This document shows positions 57,381 through 64,000 of a DNA stretch of 64,000 nucleotides, in pieces (the first letter of the stretch is position 1; each line of letters begins with the position of its first letter). The notes below the pieces were generated by a model that was given only the letters and a program-made list of their open reading frames with translations, did no database searches and was not told the origin of the DNA. This DNA comes from Patescibacteria group bacterium. GTDB lineage: Bacteria; Patescibacteriota; Minisyncoccia; UBA6257; 2-01-FULL-56-20. Position numbers and translations under genes: made by a program. The DNA lies in NCBI GenBank assembly GCA_018971305.1, contig JAGXBC010000001.1, positions 245,687 to 309,686 of the forward strand. Reading direction: 5' to 3'.

Positions 57381-59159
57381 ATGAAAAAATTTTATATTCT
57401 ATGTTCTATGGTTGGCGTTCTGCTGTTGTCGGCCGGTTTTGTATTTTCTGTTCAGTTGGCCAATGCCCAAAGCTGCGGCAATGGCAATTTCTGCAGTATC
57501 ACTGTTCAGTTGGGAGCTCCCAGCCAAAGCGTTTCGTCTGGTGGGGAATTTCTTAGCTTCACTGCGACTGTCTCGTGGAATGATGCCAGCTATATTGATT
57601 CTAATAATAACTATTGCGGTTCGGGAAATTATTCGTATTGTAGCCAGGGAAACTCCGTGAGCGTAGTCCTCGCCCAATCGACAGGTTCCGGTTATACGGT
57701 TGTAAACAGTAATTCCGTTACGCTCGTTGCCACTGGGAGCACTAATCAAGCCACGACATTTTTCAGCGCGAATGTTCCATTATCTTCAACTGCCACGACG
57801 GCTTCATTCGTAGTAATAGTATTGCCCTCCGGTGCAACCATTCCGGCAGTAGGCAGTAGTATAAGCGTATCATCTCCTTCAAGTAATGTTGTGTCCGTAT
57901 CTATCCCGGCAGCCAATACCTATACGTATTGTATAGATACGAAAAGTTGTATCCTCGGCGATGGCGGCGCCGGTTGTCCAACTTCCACTACCTGTCCTAA
58001 TGGGTGCAATGGAACTTACGATACGCAAGCAGATTGCGTATCAAGTAATGGTGGCGGCACAGTCTCCTCAAATTTATGCCCTGCTACCTATTACGAGCAA
58101 TGCAATGCCAACTCAAGCGGCGGGAATTCGTGTATGACGTCAAGCGATTGCAACGACTCAAGCAAATGCTTCTCCTGCGATACTACTTCGAATTTCTCCG
58201 ATTCAAGCTGTAATACTTCTTGCGCGGTTTCGGGAACCGGCAGCACGAGCGGGGCATTTTACTCTTGCCCCGCTAACGGCACATGCAATTTTTATACAAG
58301 CTTGGCCGTTTGTAACGCCATCTGTAGTGGAACATGCAGTGGGCCGTTTAGTTCTGGATGCAACGGCAGTTTGTCGTCGTATACCTTTTGCATAGATACA
58401 CAGAGTTGCGTTGTCGGCGATGGCGGTGCCGGTTGTCCAACTTCCACTACCTGTCCAAATGGGTGTAATGGAACTTATGATACGCAAGCAGATTGCGTAT
58501 CAAGCAATGGTGGCAGTAGTGGTTATGGATACCAAGATGCTAGTGGGAAATGCTTCAGTACGCTATCGGATTGTACGAATGGCGGGTCTGGCGGATGTGT
58601 GCCGTGCGCATCGTCTTGTGTTGACGGTTCTGATTGCACGATTGGCAGCTCTGGCGGCACTACCGCAACCGGCTGCGCATCTTTTACAGCTCAATCGGGA
58701 TGCGAGGCCGCCGGTTGTTCGTGGAGTGGTAGTTCCTGTACCAGTCCCAGCACAACACCGCCATCGCTCAGCGGCATTCAGATGCCGGCGCTCTGGCCGA
58801 CCGGATATTGGGCACCGACCGGGCTTTTATCCTGCAATAATACAAAAAACTCGGATAATACCATTAAGCTTAACTGCACCAGTTTGGCCGACCTAATGCA
58901 AACCTTGTTGAATATCCTTTCTTTCGCCATGACTATCGCCATATTCGTTTTAGCTCCTATATTTTTCGCTTGGGGGGGCATAATGATAATGATTGCCGGA
59001 GCATCGCCCGATAAATTCGCGACCGGAAAGAAAATTTTAACGGGAACTATAATCGGCGTTGTTATTGTGCTCGCTTCTTACCTTATCGTCAGTACCTTCG
59101 TTAGTGCACTCGGCATACTTTGTGTCGGTGGTTTCAGTAGCGGGTCGTGCCCGTTATAG
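57381..59159 (+). CDS. Large Cys-rich secreted protein with C-terminal VirB2/TrbC-like pilin module
   Basis: Signal peptide; many Cys/Gly/Ser repeats; C-terminal helix pair with GG...AGASP.K...GKKIL....IG. Confidence 0.8.
   Translation: MKKFYILCSMVGVLLLSAGFVFSVQLANAQSCGNGNFCSITVQLGAPSQSVSSGGEFLSFTATVSWNDASYIDSNNNYCGSGNYSYCSQGNSVSVVLAQSTGSGYTVVNSNSVTLVATGSTNQATTFFSANVPLSSTATTASFVVIVLPSGATIPAVGSSISVSSPSSNVVSVSIPAANTYTYCIDTKSCILGDGGAGCPTSTTCPNGCNGTYDTQADCVSSNGGGTVSSNLCPATYYEQCNANSSGGNSCMTSSDCNDSSKCFSCDTTSNFSDSSCNTSCAVSGTGSTSGAFYSCPANGTCNFYTSLAVCNAICSGTCSGPFSSGCNGSLSSYTFCIDTQSCVVGDGGAGCPTSTTCPNGCNGTYDTQADCVSSNGGSSGYGYQDASGKCFSTLSDCTNGGSGGCVPCASSCVDGSDCTIGSSGGTTATGCASFTAQSGCEAAGCSWSGSSCTSPSTTPPSLSGIQMPALWPTGYWAPTGLLSCNNTKNSDNTIKLNCTSLADLMQTLLNILSFAMTIAIFVLAPIFFAWGGIMIMIAGASPDKFATGKKILTGTIIGVVIVLASYLIVSTFVSALGILCVGGFSSGSCPL
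57921..58514 (+). repeat. 135-bp internal direct repeat (57921-58055 and 58380-58514)
   Basis: Both copies encode YT.CIDT.SC..GDGGAGCPTSTTCPNGCNGTYDTQADCVSSNGG. Confidence 0.92.
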
Positions 59160-59162
59160 CTT

Positions 59163-60386
59163 ATGAAAAAATTATTCTTTATCTTCTCGCTTGCCATTTC
59201 TGTTTTTTACCTGTCATTTTTATTAACAAGCAGAGTTTTCGCTACAGTCCCCATCAACACCAACCTCCCCTTCTCAACAGGTCCGGACATTCCGTCTACC
59301 GTTAACGCTTTCTATAAATATGCCCTATATCTCGGAGGCATCCTTGCCTTCGGAGCTGTGGTATTCGGGGGAGTAAAGTATATCTTTGCCGCAGGCAATC
59401 CTTCCGGACAAAGCGAGGGTAAAGATTGGATAAAAAGCGCTTTATTGGGCTTAGTTCTCCTCGGTGGAGCTTATCTCATCCTGAACGTCATCAACCCCAA
59501 CCTTGTTAACCTCAATTTACCAACATTGTCCCCGGCTAATGTGTCGTCGCTCGCGGTAAATTTGTCGAGTTCGAATTTGTGGTATGTTTGCGACAGCAAT
59601 GGGCTTACAACTGGTCAGTCGTATTCCGATCTGTCAAGTTGTGATAGCGCCAATTTGTTAAATCCATCGGGCTATACATGCCAGCAGGGCAAATGCCAAA
59701 ATGGCGGCAATGCATATTATCTTTGTGATAGCAATAACCAATCCACTTCGTATACATATTCAGACCTTAGTAGCTGTCAGGCCGACCTTTACAAATATCC
59801 GGGCGGTTCCTGTAAGTCTGGTTCTTGTGTGAGTACGGGGGGCGGTACTTGTCAGTCAACTACGGACTCGAGTAATATGTGTAGCGTGGGTAACGTACAG
59901 ACTGCATGCTCATCTTGGGATCCGAATTCTGCTTCGCAAATTTGCCTGGTAGAGAGCGCGGGGGGTAATCCCAATATTATGAGTGGCAGTGATATATGTT
60001 ATAACAACGGCAACCCTGTATCGTTCTCCGGTGGACTGTGGCAAATTAATCTTACTAATACATCCGGCGTTCCGTCAGCTTGTAGTTTCAGCCCAACCAG
60101 CAATTATAGTGGGCAATTGAGGCAGGGTTGTGGGTCGGCATTCTCTTCCACAAACAGCACGCAGGGAAGTTGTATAAAGTGTAATACAAACAATAAGGGG
60201 CAGATATATTGTGCGCAATGGACTTGTTCTTTTCAGGGTTCTACGACTGATTACAACACCTGTGTAAACGGCGCCGAAGCCAATAATAATCAATTGGCTT
60301 GTAACCTCTACAATAATTCACACGGCGGAAGTTTTTGCCCATGGAAAATTACTGCACAGGGTTGCGGAATTTCCGTACCATGCTAA
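59163..60386 (+). CDS. VirB2/TrbC-like pilin fused to Cys-rich repeats and a lysozyme/lytic-transglycosylase-like domain
   Basis: Pilin core nearly identical to 9084..10016; ICLVESAGGNP...GLWQIN motif. Confidence 0.8.
   Translation: MKKLFFIFSLAISVFYLSFLLTSRVFATVPINTNLPFSTGPDIPSTVNAFYKYALYLGGILAFGAVVFGGVKYIFAAGNPSGQSEGKDWIKSALLGLVLLGGAYLILNVINPNLVNLNLPTLSPANVSSLAVNLSSSNLWYVCDSNGLTTGQSYSDLSSCDSANLLNPSGYTCQQGKCQNGGNAYYLCDSNNQSTSYTYSDLSSCQADLYKYPGGSCKSGSCVSTGGGTCQSTTDSSNMCSVGNVQTACSSWDPNSASQICLVESAGGNPNIMSGSDICYNNGNPVSFSGGLWQINLTNTSGVPSACSFSPTSNYSGQLRQGCGSAFSSTNSTQGSCIKCNTNNKGQIYCAQWTCSFQGSTTDYNTCVNGAEANNNQLACNLYNNSHGGSFCPWKITAQGCGISVPC
59251..59549 (+). repeat. 299-bp pilin-core cassette, copy 2
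   Basis: Reverse complement of 9639-9937 at ~93% identity; exact match over 59376-59461. Confidence 0.95.
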
Positions 60387-60404
60387 TAAAATAAAAATTT
60401 ATTT

Positions 60405-60962
60405 ATGAAAAAATTAATTATTATCGCGGTCATTATTATAATAATTGTAGCGGTATTATTCTTGGTTTTTATTGGGAGAAGGCAGACCCAGCAGCAAGTT
60501 GGCGGCTCTGGTAGTGTTCGGCCACTTCCAGTTCCCGTCTCCTTGCCACAACCTACCGATCAGACAATTTCTCTGCAGACGAGCCAGGGTTCTATTGTCT
60601 TGAAAAATTTTTATAATACGGCGGTGGTAGACAATGGCCCCGGCGCTGTTAATGATATAAATATACTTATGAGATCTGATATCGGAAATAAATACCACTA
60701 TGAGATGGGGTATGAAAGGCAGGTCAGTAGATTCGACATCGTTTTAAACACCTATTCTTTGGAAGATGCAATTAAATATAGGAAGGAGGCCGAGGCTGAT
60801 TTCCTAAATATACTTGGGATCAACGAACCGGATGCGTGCAAACTTAACGTTGACCTCATAGTTAATCCGACATATGTGTCTATCGGCAATTATCCTCCTG
60901 GATTCCGATCGGAAACTAACTATGGTCTAAGTTTTTGTCAAAGCGGTTTGCCGTTGCAATAG
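60405..60962 (+). CDS. Membrane-anchored hypothetical protein in the pilin array
   Basis: N-terminal TM; R..AE..FL..LGI....AC.L...LSFC. Confidence 0.7.
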   Translation: MKKLIIIAVIIIIIVAVLFLVFIGRRQTQQQVGGSGSVRPLPVPVSLPQPTDQTISLQTSQGSIVLKNFYNTAVVDNGPGAVNDINILMRSDIGNKYHYEMGYERQVSRFDIVLNTYSLEDAIKYRKEAEADFLNILGINEPDACKLNVDLIVNPTYVSIGNYPPGFRSETNYGLSFCQSGLPLQ

Positions 60963-61022
60963 ATTATCCATTGATTTAATTAGTGAATTGAGTTATGGTC
61001 CACCTGTTGTACAATAAAAACA

Positions 61023-61349
61023 ATGCTAAACTCACTATTCAAGCAAATTTTACTCAGAAGCGGTTTGGTTAAGGAAGCGTTTGCCCAAACGCTGATAAAC
61101 CCCCTTGGGACAGGTGCGACTTTTACGAGCGTAGTGGACAGCGTAATTAATTTTTTGATAACAATCGGCATACCGATTGCCGCCGTGATGGTTCTAGTCG
61201 GAGGCTTTCAGATGATGGTCTCCGCCGGTAATCCGGAAAAAATCTCCAGCGGGAAAAAGACCATCGTTTATGCGGCCATTGGCATAGCTGTCATTTTGGC
61301 GGGGAAAAGCATTATTGTTCTCATCAAAAATGTTCTGGGAGCGTCGTAG
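61023..61349 (+). CDS. VirB2/TrbC-like pilin
   Basis: AFAQ cleavage site, NPL, GGF....AGNPEK....KK...YA.IG. Confidence 0.85.
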   Translation: MLNSLFKQILLRSGLVKEAFAQTLINPLGTGATFTSVVDSVINFLITIGIPIAAVMVLVGGFQMMVSAGNPEKISSGKKTIVYAAIGIAVILAGKSIIVLIKNVLGAS

Positions 61350-61406
61350 TCGTGGATTCGCATGGGAATTCACATATATATTACGGAATTGCTATAATAT
61401 AAAGAA

Positions 61407-61808
61407 ATGAGAAGCAAAAATTTTTTAATCGGAGAGGCCGGTAGGGTTTTAGGGGTTGCCGCCCCGTCTGCTTTTTTTATAGCTTTACAACTTTTTGCAT
61501 CCGTGGCGAATGCCGCAGTTAGTGGGACCGGTATTGACATCAGTACTCCCGACCAAGTAGTCGGCATCATCTGCAGGATCGCCGCCGACATGTTCTGGAT
61601 CCTAATAGCGCTTTCTACTGTTATGGTGTTATTCGGGGCTTTCACGTATGTTACAGCCGGAGAGAGCGCGGAAAAGGTGAATAGCGCGCATAAAATAATT
61701 ACCTATGCCGCAGTCGGCATAGTTGTGGCCCTGCTTGCCAGGGGTTTCCCTTATATCGTGGCGAGCGTTTTAGGCGCTTCATCCGGAACCGGCATAAAAG
61801 GCTGTTAA
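61407..61808 (+). CDS. VirB2/TrbC-like pilin
   Basis: AF.YVTAG....KV..A.K.ITYA.VG; C-terminal Cys. Confidence 0.85.
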   Translation: MRSKNFLIGEAGRVLGVAAPSAFFIALQLFASVANAAVSGTGIDISTPDQVVGIICRIAADMFWILIALSTVMVLFGAFTYVTAGESAEKVNSAHKIITYAAVGIVVALLARGFPYIVASVLGASSGTGIKGC

Positions 61809-61891
61809 ACACAACCCCCTTGTTTTTAGGGTCTGATTATGCTATAATGGATAGAATATAAAGAAAGGCCGAAAAAACATATAAAATATCA

Positions 61892-62356
61892 ATGAAATCA
61901 ATAAAAAATTACTTAATAAAATCCGCGCTCATAAGGCGCGACGTAGTTATGGGTTTGAGTTATGCTTTGGTTGGGTTATTCAGCCTTGGCGTAGCTAATG
62001 CTCAAACAGGTTTGCCTGGTATAGGGTTTGTATCGTCCAGGGGTGTAATTTATACACCAACTGTAAGTAGCATATTTTTGGGATCCAATGGATTCATATG
62101 TAGAGCAGCCTCTATTCTGTTCTGGATTCTTATAGCGCTCACTGTTGTATTTGTATTGGTTGCAGCCTATAAATATCTGACATCCGGCGGCGATGAAGCT
62201 AAAGTTTCCAGCGCTACAAAAACAATCACCTATGCGGCAATAGCTATCGTCGTCGCGCTGCTTGCCAGAGGATTTCCGTTTATTGTAAGTAGCGTTATTG
62301 GATATTTTGGAGGAACTTATTTAGGCGCATCTGGTCCGCCCCTATTGGGTTGTTAG
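61892..62356 (+). CDS. VirB2/TrbC-like pilin
   Basis: AYKYLTSGGDEAKV..A.K.ITYA; C-terminal Cys. Confidence 0.85.
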   Translation: MKSIKNYLIKSALIRRDVVMGLSYALVGLFSLGVANAQTGLPGIGFVSSRGVIYTPTVSSIFLGSNGFICRAASILFWILIALTVVFVLVAAYKYLTSGGDEAKVSSATKTITYAAIAIVVALLARGFPFIVSSVIGYFGGTYLGASGPPLLGC

Positions 62357-62509
62357 TAAAAATCATTCAGCTGCAACCATCTTCTCGTTAATGGTTAGGA
62401 TAATATGATATAATTTATTTATTATGCGGGTGTGGCTTTTATAAGAAGTCCCTGCCACCAACTAAGATAATTAGATATATACCCAAAGGTCGAAAAGCGA
62501 TTAAAATCT

Positions 62510-62869
62510 ATGAAAAAGTTAATTAAATTTGCGGTTAGTGGTTTACCTGCGCTTTTGCCGGTTATGGCATTTGCGCAAACCTATACTTCTCTCACGGTGA
62601 CATCGCCGGTTACAAGCATAGGCGGTTTTATCGGATTGATTTGTACCGCGATAAACTGGTTATTTACGTTCTTGATTGTTTTAGCCGTTCTTTTCGTCCT
62701 TCTCGCGGCGTTCAAGTATTTGACCGCCTCCGGGGATCCGGAAAAGGTTAAAGGTGCAAGCCATCAGTTGATCTACGCGGCAGTTGCCGTGGCGGTCGCC
62801 GTTCTTGCAAAAGGCATTCCGCTGATCGTCGGCAGTTTCTTGGGCGCAAGTGGCCTGAAGTCCTGTTAG
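62510..62869 (+). CDS. VirB2/TrbC-like pilin (candidate major subunit)
   Basis: P.MAFAQ signal, AFKYLTASGDPEKV..A...LIYA; own promoter, ~90-nt leader and strong terminator. Confidence 0.88.
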   Translation: MKKLIKFAVSGLPALLPVMAFAQTYTSLTVTSPVTSIGGFIGLICTAINWLFTFLIVLAVLFVLLAAFKYLTASGDPEKVKGASHQLIYAAVAVAVAVLAKGIPLIVGSFLGASGLKSC

Positions 62870-62892
62870 TCGAAAAGTTTTGTTATGCAGCC

Positions 62893-62918
62893 AAAAACCC
62901 GCCAATTGGCGGGTTTTT
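62893..62918 (+). terminator. Terminator of the pilin array
   Basis: Perfect palindrome AAAAACCCGCCAATTGGCGGGTTTTT. Confidence 0.85.
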
Positions 62919-62958
62919 GATTCTATTAATAGGAGATGATAAGAACCTATAATATTTC

Positions 62959-63097
62959 CAGATATCTAATATCTAAGAACGCATTGCCTTGGCTAGTATT
63001 TTTAGGGCTCTTTCCAGCTGTGGGCCGAGAGGTTTATCAAAGCTCTCCGAACTCTCTGAGGAACCAGCGGAGCGGTACAGCAGTCTTCTGATATCCG
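62959..63097. ncRNA. Candidate rod-shaped ncRNA, 6S-like
   Basis: Ends pair (AGATATC/GATATCC); GCTC/GAGC and GAGAG/CTCTC helices around an internal bubble; strand unresolved. Confidence 0.4.
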
Positions 63098-63892
63098 CTA
63101 TTTTTCTTCATTCAGTTTATAGAAGTTCTCAAAAACCTTAGCTACTAAGATCGGGCCGGTACCGCCAGGTGTCGGAGTGTGCCAGCCGGTTTCCATATCG
63201 GTAGAATCCAAGTCACCCTTATTGTTGTCGTAGCCAAAATCAATAACACCTGTTCCGAGCTTTAACATTCCTGGTTTAATGAGTCCGGCAGATCCGACAC
63301 CGGTTATTACGAGGTCTGCTTTTTTAAGTTCAGAGAAATCGCTGCCCCTATGGACGAGGAATAATCCGGCAACTTTTTTTACAAGCCACATAGAGATCGG
63401 TTTGCCTACGAGGGGTCCTAATCCGACGACGGCTACAGAACTGTTTTTAAGGTCATAATTCTGTGTTTTTAGTATTTCTTCAACTACTCCTACCGCCGGG
63501 GGCAGGACCGGATTCCGTCCCGCATAAAAAGCTCCGAGCGAACGCTCTCCCAGAACATCAACATCTTTTTCTCGCGGAATGACGTTGATAACATATTGGG
63601 AATTCAAGTGCTCCGGCAGCGGCAATTGCACGACAACGCCGCCGCAGGTTGTGTGCTCGGCCAATTTACGGACCTCGTCGCGCAATTCGTCGTTCTTCAT
63701 CTCTGGCGGGAATTTGTAGATGCGGAAATCAACACCAAGCTCTTTCGCGGTTTTTTCTTTCTGCTTTATAAAACTTACGGAAGATTGGTCATTGCCAACC
63801 AAAATTATGCCGAAGAATTTTGTCGGCTTCGGCATAAGTTTAAGGCGCTCAATTATGCCGGCAGCAATCTCCTTTCCGTTTATCGCAGTCAT
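63098..63892 (-). CDS. folD: Bifunctional methylene-THF dehydrogenase/cyclohydrolase
   Basis: GKEIA, VQLPLP, KDVD, VGKP, VIDFG, TPTPGGTGP. Confidence 0.95.
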   Translation of the reverse strand: MTAINGKEIAAGIIERLKLMPKPTKFFGIILVGNDQSSVSFIKQKEKTAKELGVDFRIYKFPPEMKNDELRDEVRKLAEHTTCGGVVVQLPLPEHLNSQYVINVIPREKDVDVLGERSLGAFYAGRNPVLPPAVGVVEEILKTQNYDLKNSSVAVVGLGPLVGKPISMWLVKKVAGLFLVHRGSDFSELKKADLVITGVGSAGLIKPGMLKLGTGVIDFGYDNNKGDLDSTDMETGWHTPTPGGTGPILVAKVFENFYKLNEEK

Positions 63893-64000
63893 TCAGATAT
63901 TCTATGCGCAAAATCAGATAAATTCAATTATTTTCTTGGGTGAATAATAACAGGATCTTTTATTCAATCGGGAATTTACGGCAGAGTTTTTTTACTAAAG

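Noticed and set aside
57921-58514. 135-bp direct repeat as CRISPR or DGR
   Set aside because: Only two in-frame copies inside one CDS; no spacer array or cas genes anywhere in the window
9639-59549. Pilin repeat pair as a DGR template/variable repeat
   Set aside because: Mismatches are almost all synonymous and not adenine-specific, both copies are coding, and there is no reverse transcriptase in the window
1-64000. Alternative genetic code (UGA read as Gly, as in Gracilibacteria)
   Set aside because: All recognisable core genes are full length under the standard bacterial code

Overview
This window is the replication-origin region of a small-genome bacterium using the standard genetic code. 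It is inferred to be Patescibacteria/CPR, probably Parcubacteria, from gene content, SD-less starts and the VirB4/PrgI/VirB2-type secretion locus. The origin block is ruvC, PBP1A, dnaN-dnaA/oriC, rpmH, rnpA, yidC and jag. A ~13 kb minus-strand T4SS-like cluster follows (VirB6-like, PrgI, VirB4, a pilin fusion). The middle holds housekeeping genes (rsmA, uvrD, comM, nusA, hppA, clpP, tyrS, pnp, rpsO, xerC, rpsA, gyrA) and five tRNAs. Six VirB2/TrbC-like pilin genes and folD close the window. Most notable: (1) a 299-bp pilin-core cassette present twice, inverted and ~49 kb apart, each copy fused to a different Cys-rich payload, one of them lytic-transglycosylase-like; (2) pilins with a Cys pair that could close the subunit; (3) several orphan structured RNA candidates with their own promoter and terminator, one with a pseudoknot and one 6S-like; (4) small palindromic and 7-mer repeat elements in rsmA and at a tRNA 5' end; (5) an HNH gene whose stop codon lies inside tRNA-Arg. 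All calls come from manual reading; no database searches were run.
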